From NCBI RefSeq assembly GCF_030028105.1, contig NC_092382.1, forward strand, positions 3,316,175-3,380,174: DNA of 64,000 nt. The letters run 5' to 3'. The notes under the pieces are model-generated. The model was not told the origin of the DNA and ran no database searches. It was given only the letters and a program-made list of their open reading frames with translations. Position numbers and translations under genes: made by a program. Positions 23,780 through 36,880 of the stretch are shown piece after piece; the first letter of the stretch is position 1, and the number at the start of each line of letters is the position of its first letter. The stretch comes from Mobula birostris. Lineage: Eukaryota.

Positions 23780-25870
23780 GACACAACTCTCTTGTCGCAC
23801 TCTGGTTCACCCAATCTGAAAGACCGAATGACTAAATACCAGAGAGTTCAGTTCCTCGTGATCCTGACCTGTGTTTGCATGCCGCGAAATGCCGACGTGA
23901 AGCAGGCACTGGAGAGGGTGAATGATGTCAGCAGCAAACAAGAACCGTTCCAGCCCGACTTCCTTCAAATGTTGGTAACTTCAATCAGTCTTTAACATCA
24001 TTCACGCAGGCTTCAATCAGCCTTTTTTGAAGAAATCTCTACCCAATTATATTCAAGATATAACCTGCAGCTCCGAGTGGCACAAAGCAGTCGGCCATTA
24101 CTAGACCACGATCAGGGATGCCGACTTATCCTGGACCACATTTCGGGAAATCTGATCACTTGGCTGTACATCTCCTCCCTGTGCTCAGGAAGAATCTAAA
24201 CGGCAGGGGTCGAGAGATTAGACAACAAAAAAAGGTGGTCGCGGGGGGTAGGGTGCGACTACAGGATTGCTTCGAGTTGGTGAGCTTGGCCGTGCTTAAG
24301 GACTCATCAGAGGATCTGAATGAGCATCACCATGATTGACACGGACTTTATAAAAAAGAGTCGTAGACAAGCGTGACCCCAGCACGTCATTCGGAGCCTT
24401 CCCCAGTCAGAGACCCTGGCTGAACCGTACGATCCGCAATCTGCTGAGGACCGAACCTGAATCACTGGCAAATGCTCGACAGCTGTGTCAGGACCTGAAT
24501 GCCATCACTTTTTACAGGGTGAATCCAGATGATCCCAATGTCCTCTGTGCTCGCTTTGACCGTCAAGACAAGGAGAAACCTTCAAGAACTCGAAAAGCCC
24601 CCGATGTTGGTATGATTTGTGTCTCATGGCCGACACGACAGCGTCTTTCGGGAGGGTGAACGACGGCAAGCATCCGGCCCAGACTGAGTACCTGGCCGAG
24701 TACTAATGACCCGTGTAAATCAACTGTCTCCAGTTTTCATCGATATGTTTATTGCATAGACAGTCTGAGGCAACTATCTGGCTCAAGCAGACTTCGATTA
24801 TACCGGTGCCTGAGAAGGACTAACCACTATGATGAAACGCTTTGACAGCTTGATGATGAAGCACATCAAGCGTACAAGATGATGAGAGGCATTGATCGTG
24901 TGGATAGTCAGAAGCTTTATCGCAGGGCTTAGATGGCTAGCATGAAAGGGCACAATTTTAAGGTGCTTGGAAGGAGGTACAGAGGAGATGTCAGGGGGGA
25001 TTTTTTTTCCGCAGAGAGTGGTGAGTGCGTGGAGTGGGCTGCCGGAGACGGTGGTGGAGGCGGATACGATAGGGTATTTTAAGAGACTCCTGGATAGTTA
25101 CATGCAGCTATGGGTAAGGCTAGGTAATTTCTTTGTAAGGACATGTTCGGCACAGCTTTGTGGGCCGAAGGGCCTGTATTGCGCTTTAGTTTTTCTATGT
25201 TTCTATGTTTCTAATTCCGGCCTGAGAAGCGACTTATATCCGCTCAATTTACCTACGGCCACAACAGGTCCACAGCAGAGGCAATTTCATTGGCTCTTCA
25301 CTCAACCCTGGGACATCTGGACAGCGAAGACGCATACATCAGGACGCTTTTCATCGACTACAGTTCGGCATCCGATACTGTCGTCCCACAGATCTAGTTA
25401 ATAAGCTTCAGGACATTGGCGTTAATGTCTCCTTAATGCAGTTGGATCTTCGAGTTCCTCAACCGCATTGCCCAGGCAGTTCAGATTAATAAATAAAAAC
25501 TCCTCCAGTATCTCCATTAGCACATGTACACCGTCGTGTTGAGAGCTTATCCCCTGCTGTACTCGCTTTGTGTTTTTGACTGAGGCTAAGTACAGCTCCA
25601 ATGATATATGTAATTCTACTGAATAGATAACTGACATTGAACAAATCATAGGCTTGTCAAATCAGCATATAGGAGAAAGATTGAAAATCTGTCGGAGAAG
25701 TGCCACAACAGCAACTTCTCACTCAATGTCAGCAGGAAGATGGATCTGATTAGGGACTTCAGGAAGGGGAAAGCGGAGATCCCTGAGGCCGTCCTCATCC
25801 GAGGATCAGAGGTGGAGAGCGTCATCAGATTTAATGTCCTATTACTATTTAGGAGAATCTCCCCTGGCAC
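23780..25870 (+). mobile_element. Degenerate Rex1/Babar-type LINE with a nested CR1 3' fragment (~24870-25212)
   Basis: 'PHFGKSDH', 'LQDCFE', 'IDYSSA', 'LSLNVS...DFRK' motifs in shifting frames; CR1 tail at 25195-25212. Confidence 0.65.
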
Positions 25871-27392
25871 CAGATTAAATAATTCCTCGCGGGTCTGACA
25901 GCATGCAGACCCTGTTTCTGTGCAGTGGTTCCCTATGACTGCCTGACTATATGTCTGTATATCTGGATAAATACTGGGATAGGGATGGCCACAGTCCGGG
26001 TGCGGGTCGATGGGAGTACACAGATTAAATAATTCCTCACGGGTCTGACGAGCTGGAGACCCTGTTTCTGTGCAGTGGTTCCCTCTGGCTGTTTTACTGT
26101 ATGTCTGGGTTAGAACTTTATTGTCTCACAGCACCGACCAATCTAGCGAGTCGTTGATACTGTTCAATCCCTCTGTCCATGCACACACTGAATCTTGAAG
26201 ACTGAGTAAAATGGATGCTTATAGCATGAGAAGATGGAAGCGAAGGTGTGAGATGAGAAGGGGAGTATCACACTTCAGGAATAAACCTTCAGTCCTTCAT
26301 TAAGGCGGTAAAGGCAGTAGTTCCGGGCTGGAGGTGGATGGGACAGTGGTCCCAGTACAGGGAACAAATCTGTTGCTTCCGCGGTGGTAATGGGGATCAT
26401 TGGCCCCGATACTATACAACAAAGTGTTCATTTCATCCGAATCCTATCCTTGGTTAGAAATTGCAGGTGAGAAATCCTGGCAGTCGTTGGAGGCTTGGAA
26501 TTGTGGAGACGTCATATTTTAATTGTGTTGAATATTAACTCGTGGACGATACATTACTTTCTGCATCTCTTTGTCTTGGAGTCGAAAGGTTTTATTTTAT
26601 GTTGTATAATTGCAATTTCAACTTGTTAACGGTTGAACAAATAAGAGCATGTCATTTTCTGCGATATTTTTTAAGATATGAATGCACTGCGGATTTAAAA
26701 TACTGCACAAAGTGTGGACATAAGTGAGTTCAATTGAAAGAGAAAGAGAAAGTTAACGACCATGAATGGCTGTATGGGAGTCGTGTGTTTCTAGTTTGTG
26801 TTGGGTGGATGATTAAATTCATTTCTTTTTCACCATACGTGAGACAGAAAATTTGCCTCTCCTTACAAGAAATAATTTCCGGGAACTGGTGCAAAATTCG
26901 GAGGATACGTTTCTTTCCGAAATTCTATGAAGAGTTAATGTATGTGAGCCGGATCTCCCCACATCTTACTCTCTTCAGTTCTTCAGAATACGTGCTGCGG
27001 ACTTCTGCTCAGGGAGTTGTTTATTCTGTAGCGATGGCTTTGAAGTAAGACAAGTGTAGCCACGTATGTTTGCTTTGCTTTCACTGCGTTTTTAGTTTGT
27101 GTAGTTTTGTGTGTTTCATTTATTATTGATTTCAGAGGGAGACACGGATTCCACACTGGCCATGTGGATTCAGGGTTAAATAGATCGAAACATGAGCGTA
27201 TCTACACCCGATACGACAAAACCATGATTCAGAGGTAAATTGGCATTCGGATTAATTGCTGTGTACTTGATTTGGGAATTTAGAATTGGTACTTTGGAAG
27301 TCTGCTTATTTTAATGAGCGATTTGCTGAGCTATTGTCTATTGGCTTCGTTTAATCCGAATCCTATCCTTGATTAGAAATTGGAGGTGAGAA

Positions 27393-28558
27393 ACATAGAA
27401 ACATAGAAACACAGAAAACCTCCAGCACAATACAGGCCCTTCGGCCCACAGGTTTTTTTCCGAACATGTCCCTACTTTAAAAATTACTAGCTTACCTATG
27501 GCCCTCTATTTTACTGAGCACCATGTATCTATCTAAAAGTCTCTCAAAAGACCCTATCATATTCGTCTCCACCACCGTTGCCGGAAGTTCATTCCACGCA
27601 CTCACCACTCTCTGGGTAAAAAACTTACCCCTGACATCTCCTCTGTACCTGCTCCCCAGCACCTTAATCCTGTGTGTTCTTGTGGCAACCATTTTAGCCC
27701 TGGGAAAAAGCCTCTGACTATCCACACGATCAGTGCCTCTCATCATCTTATACACCTCTATCAGGTCACATCTTATCCTCCATTGCTCAAAGGAGAAATT
27801 CTCATAAGGCATGCTCCCCAATCCAGCAACATCCTAATAAATCTCCTCTGCATCCCTTCTCTGGCTTCTACATCCTTCCTCTAGTGAGGCGACCAGAACT
27901 GAGACAGTACTCCAAGTGGGGTCTGACCAGGGTCCTATATAGCTGCAACATTACCTCTAGGCTCCTAAATTCATTTCCACGATTGATGAAAGCCAATATA
28001 CCACAGAGTCAACCTGCGCAGCTGCTTTGGACTCAAACTGCAAAATCCCTCTGATCCTCCACACTGCCAAGAGTCTCACCACTATAATATATTCTGCCAT
28101 CATATTTGACCTACCAAAATGAACCACTTCACACTCCATCTGCCACTTCTCAGCCCAGTTTTGCATCCTATCAATGTCCCGCTGTAAATTCTGATAGCCT
28201 TCCACACTATCCACATCACCTCCAACCTTTGTGTCATCAGCAAACTTACTAACCCATCCCTCCACTTCCTCATCCGGGTCATTTATAAAAATCACGAAGA
28301 GTAGGGGTCCCAGAACAGATCCCTGAGGCACTCCACTGGTGACCGACCTCCATGCGGAATATGACCTGTCTACAACCACTCTTTGCCTTCTGTGGACAGG
28401 CCAGTGTGGATCCACAAAACAATGTCTCCTTGGATCCCATGCCTCCTTACTTTCTCAATAAGACTTGTATGGGTGACCTGATCAAATGCCTTGCTGAAAT
28501 CCATATATACTACATCCGCTGCTATTCCTTCATCAATGTGTTTAGTCCAATCGTGAAC
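27393..28558 (-). mobile_element. 5'-truncated CR1 LINE
   Basis: 'GVPQGSVLGPLLFVIFIND...FADDTK' RT motifs; (catagaaa)n tail at 27393-27415. Confidence 0.92.
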
Positions 28559-28905
28559 AAAATCTTGGCAGTCGTTGGGGTATTGGGGACGTCATATTTT
28601 AATTGTTTTGAATATTAACTCGTGGGCTATACATTACTTTCTGCATCTTTTTTTCTTGGAGTCGAAAGGCTTCATTAAATGTTGTATAATAGCAATTGCA
28701 GATGTTTGTGACCTATTGAACAAATAAGAGCGTGTCATTTTCTGCGATACTTTGAAAATATGAATGTATTGCGGATTTAAAATTAGTACGATGTTTGGAC
28801 ATAAGTGAGTTCAATTGAAAGAGAAAGAGAAAGATTACGGCCATGAATGACTTTAGTGTGCTTCTTTAGTTTGTATTGGCCGGGGGGGAGGGGGGATTGA
28901 ATTAA

Positions 28906-29175
28906 CCTTTACATACTATTCGGGTCAAATTTGACCCGTTTTGAATTTTGACAGCAGTAAAAACACCCGAAATGCCATTTTTTAGCCGAAATTTGATGAC
29001 TTTTCCTAAAGTGACTCAAAATGCGCAAAAATGAAAATATTTAAAAAAATATATACTTTTGTCCATGTGCTATAAATTTTTGTATATTGAGGCTGTAATG
29101 AGGGGTTTCTTGGGCCCGGTCAAAACTGACCCGGACCATAGTGTGAAGGTATAGAATATGAACAGGTTGCCTGAG
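28906..29175. mobile_element. piggyBac-type MITE (~270 bp) with TTAA target duplication
   Basis: TTAA at 28902-28905 and 29176-29179. Subterminal palindromes cgggtcaaatttgacccg (28921) and cggtcaaaactgacccg (29117). Absent from the paralogous unit at ~26815. Confidence 0.75.
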
Positions 29176-31864
29176 TTAATCTTTTTCACCATACACGTGA
29201 CCAAAAGAATTGTGTCACCTTGCAAGAAGTGATTTCCAGGAATTAATGCAAAATTCTGAGGCTGCATATCTTTCCCAAGTTCTATAAAGTGTTAGTGTAT
29301 GTGAGCCTCATCTCTCCACATCTTAATCTCCTAATTCTTTAGAATACGTGCTCAGGCCTTTTGCTTGGAAGTTGTTTATTCTGTACTCTACAACTGCCTG
29401 CGATGGTTTTGAAGGAAGAAAAGTGTGAGCAGGGATGCTTGCTTTGCTGTCGCTGCGTTTTTAGTTTGTTTAGTTGTGTATGTTTCATTTATTATTGATT
29501 CCAGAGGGAGACACGGATTCCACACCAGCCATGTGGATTCAGGGTTAAATAGATCGAAATCTGAACGCATCGACACCCGACACGGTAAAACTACGATTCA
29601 GAGGTAAATGGGCATTAGGATAAATTGGTGTGTAGTTGAATTGGGAATTTGTAATTGGCATTTTGGACGGCTGGTTCGTTTAATGAGCACCAATAGCTGC
29701 TGGTCAACACTTTAACATGTTGATTTTAAGTTGCAGGACTCCGTTGGAAAAGATTGTTTCGAAGTCATTTGCAATCAGTAGTTCAGCGAATTGCTTATAT
29801 CGTCAGCACTAATTCTATAAATTATCCAGCCGCTGCTGGGTGGTCAGATTAAATCAGTTATTTCCCTCAGTCCTATTTCTCGGAGCACTGTAACTGCAGA
29901 TGCCAAATATAGTTGTAAATTGTACCGAAATTTCGATCCTCCTTGTGGAACACGGCTGCCCGCTGCCTTCCGGCCAGAATTCACTCTAATCATCTGCCTT
30001 CTGTGAGTAACCCAATTGTGAACCAACCAGCCAGGTTTCCCTGTGTCCCATGCCTCCTGACTTTCTGAATGAGTCCACAATGGGGAACTGATCAAACGCC
30101 TGACCAAAATTAATGCACCCAGATCGACAGTTCTGATTCTTCTGTTTGTTTTAATTTCACTTTTTCAAATAATTCTGTCTGGCTCAGAAAGGACAACATG
30201 CCATGTTGTCTCTCCGTAGCCAGACTACGTTTCTCCAAATTCTCATTAATTTCCTCTTCAATAATCCTCTCCAGTAGTTTACCCACTACTGATGTAAGAC
30301 TCCCTGGTCTATAATTTCAAGAAGTGTAGCTGTTATCTTTCGTCAACAAATGAATAACTTTTTCCAACCTCCAATCATCTAGGTTTACCTCTGTGGCCAG
30401 CGAAGACACAAATATCCTGTCCAAATCTCAGCAGTAACTTCGCTCGCCTTCCAAAATTACCTTAACTATATCCCTTCCTATATCGGGGAAATCATCCATC
30501 ATAATGTTTTCCAAGTTTCCAGCGCATCCTCTTTCTCAGCGTCGGCATGATCTGGCGTATCTGCCTTTTTACGATGTGTTCACATTCATCAATGTGTTCA
30601 GTGAGGAGCTTCACTTTCTCCTTGGACTCCAGACACGAGTTTTCCTCTGATCTGCCCACACTCTCTCCAGTCTCCTCCTGCTCTTCACAGAGCAACTCCT
30701 CCAAGGACTTCTCAACCCCGCTTCTAAGGCTGCAAAGTCCATTGTTAAATTCTTTCACGTCCGCATTGTGACTCGTCATAACCCTATCTGATTCTCTTTT
30801 CCTAATTCTTAAGTATCTTTCTTTCTTCCTCTTGAATCGTTCTAATCTTCTTGTCTCCCAGGGTAACTTTACGCTATCATCCTTTCCCTTCCTCAAAGAG
30901 ACAAGCCTATACTGAACTCCATGTCATTGTTCCTTCAAAAATCTCCACATATCTGTTGCGCGTTTCCCTGAGTACACCATTTCCCAATTTACCTTCCCAA
31001 GTTCCTGTCAGGTAGCCCCATAATTCGCAGAGGCCCAATTAAATACATTCCATGCTCCCTGGTCCTATCTCCGTGCAAGGTAAATGTCGGCGAGTTCGGC
31101 CCTATCGTCCTGAAATGCTGACCCGCGGAGAGATCTGTCACCTGATCCGTTTCCTTTTCTAATATTAGATCCAGTCTGGACTGTTCGCTATCCGCCTGTC
31201 TTCTTATAGTGACATGAATCCTTCCTGGACACAACTGAGAAATTATGCCATAGCTAAACCTTTTACCCTGGGGAGGTGCCAAAGAATATTGTGGAAGTTT
31301 CATTTACCCGTGCCAATAGCATGACACGTGTCGATGTTCCCCTCCCAATCGGTTCCTCGCTGTTCCCTTTGCGTTTTTTTTTTGTTAATCTGGTGGGGGG
31401 AGTGCTGTATAGAATTCTCCAAATGGGGTGATCGCGCCCTTCAAATTTCTGTGTTCGTCTCACAGTCTATTAACAAACGAACGCTCCACGTTGTCCTCTC
31501 TTTCTGCATCTGCGATACCATCCCTGATCTGCCATCGCACTCCCTTTGCACTCTGTTACCCGACCCTCTCCATCTTTCAACTTCAAAAACACGGAAAGAC
31601 CTGCAGCCATTCCTGCCGTGTGATAGTTGAGTGTCTGTGATAGTTTGTAACATACCTCAACCATTGTAACAAACACGGCAGCAGCATTGAACGTTTGTAT
31701 TGCTACCGACCTATTCTGTATGAGGTCAGCAATCTTCCGCCAATTCTACAATTTCAGGATAAGCAGGCATATGACTGTTTGGGTTTATGACATATTTGCC
31801 AACCCTGTTCATTGGAAAACGGCTTTATTTGAAAACTCCGCTGAATTGCCATTGGAGGCGCGCG

Positions 31865-32763
31865 TTATCTACACAGATGGCCATTTAATGTAAACACATA
31901 CTTCATTCCATTCCTCAGCTCTTCTCTGAATTTCCTCTGTGTCAGTGTATAGATACAAGTATTGGTGCACACGCTGAGCAATAGCAACATTAACCCAAAT
32001 TGTTGTAGGATGTATACCGGGGAACTCAAATATCTGTCCTCGTAAAAATAGTTTTGCTGTTGCCATTTCAGGGAATGGGCTACATAGGGCATCGACAATA
32101 ATATGAAATTAGCTGAAATAGAAAACAGCAAAATAATCGATTTTCTGCGTTTTTCCACCTCGGCATCTTTCTGATTGTCACTGCTGTGTCGAAGCCTTCT
32201 GCGGACTCGAATTGCCACAACGATATGTCTTACGGTTAACCCGTTAAACACCAGGATTAAGCCGATTGGTAGCAATGGTGTTAAAATACTCCCCAGTAAT
32301 TGGTATGCTCTCCACACGGGTGAAGTGGCGTATTCATATGTGCCGGTGCACCGCCACGGCGTGTTGTCAATGATGACGTAAGGTTCAATGACAAAGTAAG
32401 CCGGGACACATCTCCCGCAGCTCACTATAACCACGGTCACGATAACCACCGTTGCTGTTCTCTCGGTGCAGTATCGCTCCCGCAGCTTTCGGCAACATAT
32501 TGCGATGAAGCGATCGAAGGTAAAACTGACCGTGAACCAAACAGAACAGTCCGTCATTATGACCCGAAATATAACTGTCAGAGCGCATACAGGAGTGATG
32601 AGCAGGGATCTGGAATAAATGTAGATATTGTTGGTCTGTTCTACTAAAGCAACAACGATAACTACCATCAGATCCGCTGTTGCCATTCCAACCAGGTAAC
32701 GGGTGATGCATTTGGAGAGCCCGCATTTTCCCCGAGATAGGATCACAATGGCCGTTAAATTAA
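31865..32763 (-). CDS. GPR139/GPR142-like GPCR, gene C, exon 2 (spliced 322 aa; close paralog of A)
   Basis: Acceptor tttcttgcag|TT AAT; same 899-nt length as A exon 2; FDRF and NTCIY motifs. Confidence 0.93.
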
Positions 32764-33614
32764 CTGCAAGAAAATGGAACAAAAAAGAAATACCTTCAGT
32801 GGCAACTCTCTGAATGCCTATTCTAAAGATGCTGTGCAGGGTATGGTCTGTTTGGAAGTGGAAAGCTGATATCTAATCGCAGGTAAATTAACCTCGAGAA
32901 ACTGGAAAGCAAAAGAGAAGAATGGTCAACAGCAACTCTCTGAATGCCCCTAGGTCTGGTCTGTTTGGAAGTGGAAAGCGGGAGTCCAGTGTGTGCGGTC
33001 TCGGTCGTTGCACTCCGGCTGGAGGACAATGACGGATGTGAGTGTCAGCGGATTGGCGACCTTCCCACAGTTTAGAGCGAGGCATCAGAGTTTCACGACT
33101 CACGTACCGGTGAACGGACGATCATCCCAGTAAACAAGACAATTTCTATTATTAGAGGTGAAGGAGTTGAAGGGATTGTTTGCAGCGGTGACAAAATAGA
33201 ATCAAAACATACAAAGCACAATTTATCATTTATTGACTTATATAAGAGCAGCCCTACGTGTCGAAAATGGACTGGACAGTCATTTATATCAGCTGCCACG
33301 TTGTTATAAGGACGAAGTGTCTGCACTGATAGAGACTCGGGCCTAGAAAAGCAGAGACCAGCATCACTTCAGAAAGCCTAGCGAGGTGAGATTGTGAAAC
33401 AGTGACAATATCGGCACCAACGTAACTGACAAAAAAAATCACATCGATTAAAGTCCGAAAATGAAAATAAAACAATCAGATGCCTGAACCCTCCATTCTG
33501 GAAACACGTTTCAGCCGACGGTCGCATCTGTGCTCAGTAAGAGTGCGGATCCCGCAGCAGAGTAACAGCAAGACGACGGCACCGTACATAAAGTAACCAT
33601 CTCCGGCATCTTAC

Positions 33615-33684
33615 CGGGGACACCAACCGCTACAAGTGTGGGAAAGTAAATGGCCGCGATGTAGTAAATCGCCTGATATCCCAT
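33615..33684 (-). CDS. GPCR gene C exon 1 (MGYQAIYYIAAIYFPTLVAVGVP+G)
   Basis: 70 nt, ATG at 33684, donor GTAAG at 33614. Confidence 0.9.
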
Positions 33685-35439
33685 ATTCCGTCAAAAGCAG
33701 CGTTCAGTTGTACGGAACGTTTCAGCTGCTCAGATGGACTGGGCATCGGTTTAGCAGACTTTTATTGAGGTGAGAGCAATTCCACTGAGGCAATCAGCGT
33801 GGCTATCACGTCAGGGACATTAGTGACGACCAACTGCATAAACACTTATGCAAAACTATTTTTACCCACTGTCCCCGTGTCATGAATTTGACTCCTGAAT
33901 GGATATTGCAACAATGTACTTTAAAACAAAATATGATGTGAGATTCCCATGTTATTTTCCATGATACCTGGCTTCAGCTATTTAAATAGGATATATTTAT
34001 ACGTGTGCTGCTTTTAAAGTAGACATTCTTCTTGAAGCCGACTTCTTTTGTAATATTTGACCGTGCACATTCGCTTCTGAAATTGAGAGAAGGAGTTTGT
34101 TCCGTCGGGGGAATGGAGCAAACTTCTTTATTACAGGAGAACATTCTTTCATTCTTTTCTTTCGTTCGTTCCCGTCATTCCGGGCGCTTTGAGAGTTGGA
34201 AATGAGAGTGACAGCTGACATGTGTTACAATCAAATACACTGCACATATTTCTCCAAACAGTTTAAAAGATCCACAGCGATATTCCAGAGACCTGTGATC
34301 AAAAAGGGAACGTGCCCTCAGGAGATTCGCGAGAACTGTGGGCAGTTTGAAGAACAATGTTTTCCAGTGCACATGGGCTGTCTGGCAGGAACCTGACCTC
34401 TACCGGTGAATGACCTGACCACCTCATACCCGTGACCTGCGATGCAGTCTATTTAACTTTAAACATATTCTCAAACCTGCCACAATTCTACCACTATTTC
34501 TCCACCCATTCGCTCTTTGAATAAAAGTAGCAAGTGAAATCTGTGAAATATCCACAGGTTCCCAGGCTGTCTTATTACTTGCCGTTAAGTTGTTTTTTCT
34601 CCTGATTTACTGTCAGGTATATTGCCTTTCGAGCGTCACTATAAGAATGTGCAGAACAGCGGATGGGTTCAAGCTCACGTGTCAATCACACTTCTTCCTG
34701 CTCTTGCAGTGCACCGCTCCGTGCCTATTGGGATATTCGTAGCGATGAGCGGCCCTCGCCTTATTGGAGGGAGTCTCATCACTCAGTTTCCCTTCTGCAA
34801 CTCGTATTGTTGTGTGGCTCTCGGTTGACTCGAGAAAGTATCACCTCTGCCTTCAGATTCATCCGTCCCAAATGAATCATTTCGTACCTTTCCGTGTTGA
34901 ACTCCATCTGTAACTTCTCAGCGCTGCCCTGCGTCCTGTCACTGTCCTGTTGTCATCTGTGACAAACTTTTGTACTCTCCATAATTCCACCAACCTCCAC
35001 ATCATTGCAAATACAATAAACCACCCTTCCACCTCCTCATCCAAATCATTCATAAAAACTCAAAAAGCCGGGGGTTTCAGAACAGATCTCTGCAGGACTC
35101 CACTGGTCGCCGACATCCAGAGAGAAAACGCTCCATCCACAACTATCCTCTGCCTTCTGTGAGCGTCAGTTCTGAATCCATCAGCCAACTTTCTCTGGAT
35201 ACCAAACCTTCTGACGTTATAATTGGTCCTACCATGGATATGTTTAACGCCTTGTTAAAATCCATTCATGTCAGATCAATTATCGCCCACTTTATTTCCA
35301 GAAGACCACCAAATAAACACGTTCTCCCATCTGTTTCTCTCTTCCATTGTCTCCGCTTTGGCTCGGGCGAGAGCAAAGATGTGAACTGTCCTTATCCTCT
35401 GTGAAAAAACTGGAAGTGGTTGTTCAACTCACTGTGAGG

Positions 35440-36880
35440 ACAACTACTCCTTCAGCCCCATCACGGTCGATTGCCTGAAACATAAATCTAAGAGGATCAT
35501 CTCATCTCGGACCAGAACATCCCATTGACAACATGTTTTCTGGATCTTAGCTACTGGGGGATATTGACTATCTCCAAGAGGTTTGAGTTGTTTAATAAGA
35601 TACCAACCCAACTTATATGGAGAAGTCTGGATTCGATATACTGATGGACTGGCTCGGTCCTGACAAATCGCGAAGGTGTAAAGGGGCTCGGCTGATGTAG
35701 TAACATCACAACCTTCTGTCCTATTTCCAACACCCGCGGTTTTGCTCGCACCTGGAAACAAGCTTCGCTCTGCTGTTTCTTCCGTCACGTATTATGGGCG
35801 GCATCATAATGGGCTTCCTTAATACAGTCAATTAATTGCTGCTTGCATTTGTCCTTTCCAATGCTATCATACTCGGTCTGTGATAAAATCTAGCCAAGCA
35901 GGAACACTAACCCTTTTATTTTTTTTCTCCCGATCGTCAACTTAAAACGTGTAAATGCAGGAGAGGATGCTTCTGTGCTGAGGACTATCATAAGAACAGA
36001 GGGTAAGACAGTGACCCATGAGCCGTTTAGTCATTATTGACAACATTGTCTTTAAAGGCCAGTTCATCAGTTCAACAATCGCACTGTATTGTGGTCGATA
36101 GGGGATATTGAACCTCTGTTTTATCTCAAACAGTTTCACTAGATTTTGTGACATTATCTATCCAATTGGTGAACGCATCCACTATGCCGAGGACATAGTT
36201 CAGCGCTTCAGGGGATGGAGGTGAAGATCTAGCAAAATAAACCTGCAAGTTAACACATGGTCCTTCTACGGTCCGTGTCCTAACACTGCTTCTCCAGCCA
36301 ATTTAACTGGTTATTACTGGGCACAAATCAAACAATTCTTACAATAATGTGGTACATCTCCTCGCAATTTCGACCACCAACACTGATTCTTCAGCTGTTC
36401 CATAGTTCTGTCTGATCCTTGATGCTCACAAATGTCATGGTGGCAATACATCACCTGGTTTATTTCACATTCTGGCACAAAAAAAAATACCATTATTAAT
36501 TATAATCCGATTCCGTTCCTGTTTCCCTCGATATTTCCCAAACTCTTCAGATTCCTCTCCACTTTGTACCTTTGCCAACTCCTGATCCTGTTGCTGTGTC
36601 ATGACTAAGTCTATAGGTATACAGTTTGCTTGTTTCTCTGTTCCCTACCTCTACTCCTGGATTCCTTTTCACCACCCAGCTTGATTCTACTTTGGCTCAC
36701 TCACCAGCATTCGTGCTCCCTTCCGGGAGAATCTGTAACTGATCCTTCACCTTTTTGTTTAATCCATAAGTGTTTTCACTTCCCTACTCAAATATTTACT
36801 TCAACATGGGAGCTGATGGTACTGGTTTCCAATCTTTTGAGATATAACCTCTAGCTTTCCATAACGGTAAATATTCAATC
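35440..36880 (-). mobile_element. Decayed retroviral/Gypsy-type pol fragment (integrase, possibly RNase H upstream)
   Basis: Minus strand: HHCC zinc domain 'HQGSDRTMEQLKNQCWWSKLRGDVPHYCKNCLICAQ' (~36320-36425) and core 'FNIPYRPQYSAIVELMNWPLK' (~36050-36115). Confidence 0.7.

Larger units (their letters stand above)
26435..29690. repeat. Tandem duplication of a ~920-bp non-coding unit (26435-27353; 27354-29690); copy 2 split by a CR1 and a MITE
   Basis: 'atccgaatcctatcctt..ttagaaattg.aggtgagaaa' at 26436 and 27354. Copy 2 resumes at ~28560 and matches 26475-27320. Confidence 0.85.
29810..35270. repeat. Segmental duplication copy 2, contains GPCR C
   Basis: Collinear with 2703-8000. Confidence 0.9.
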
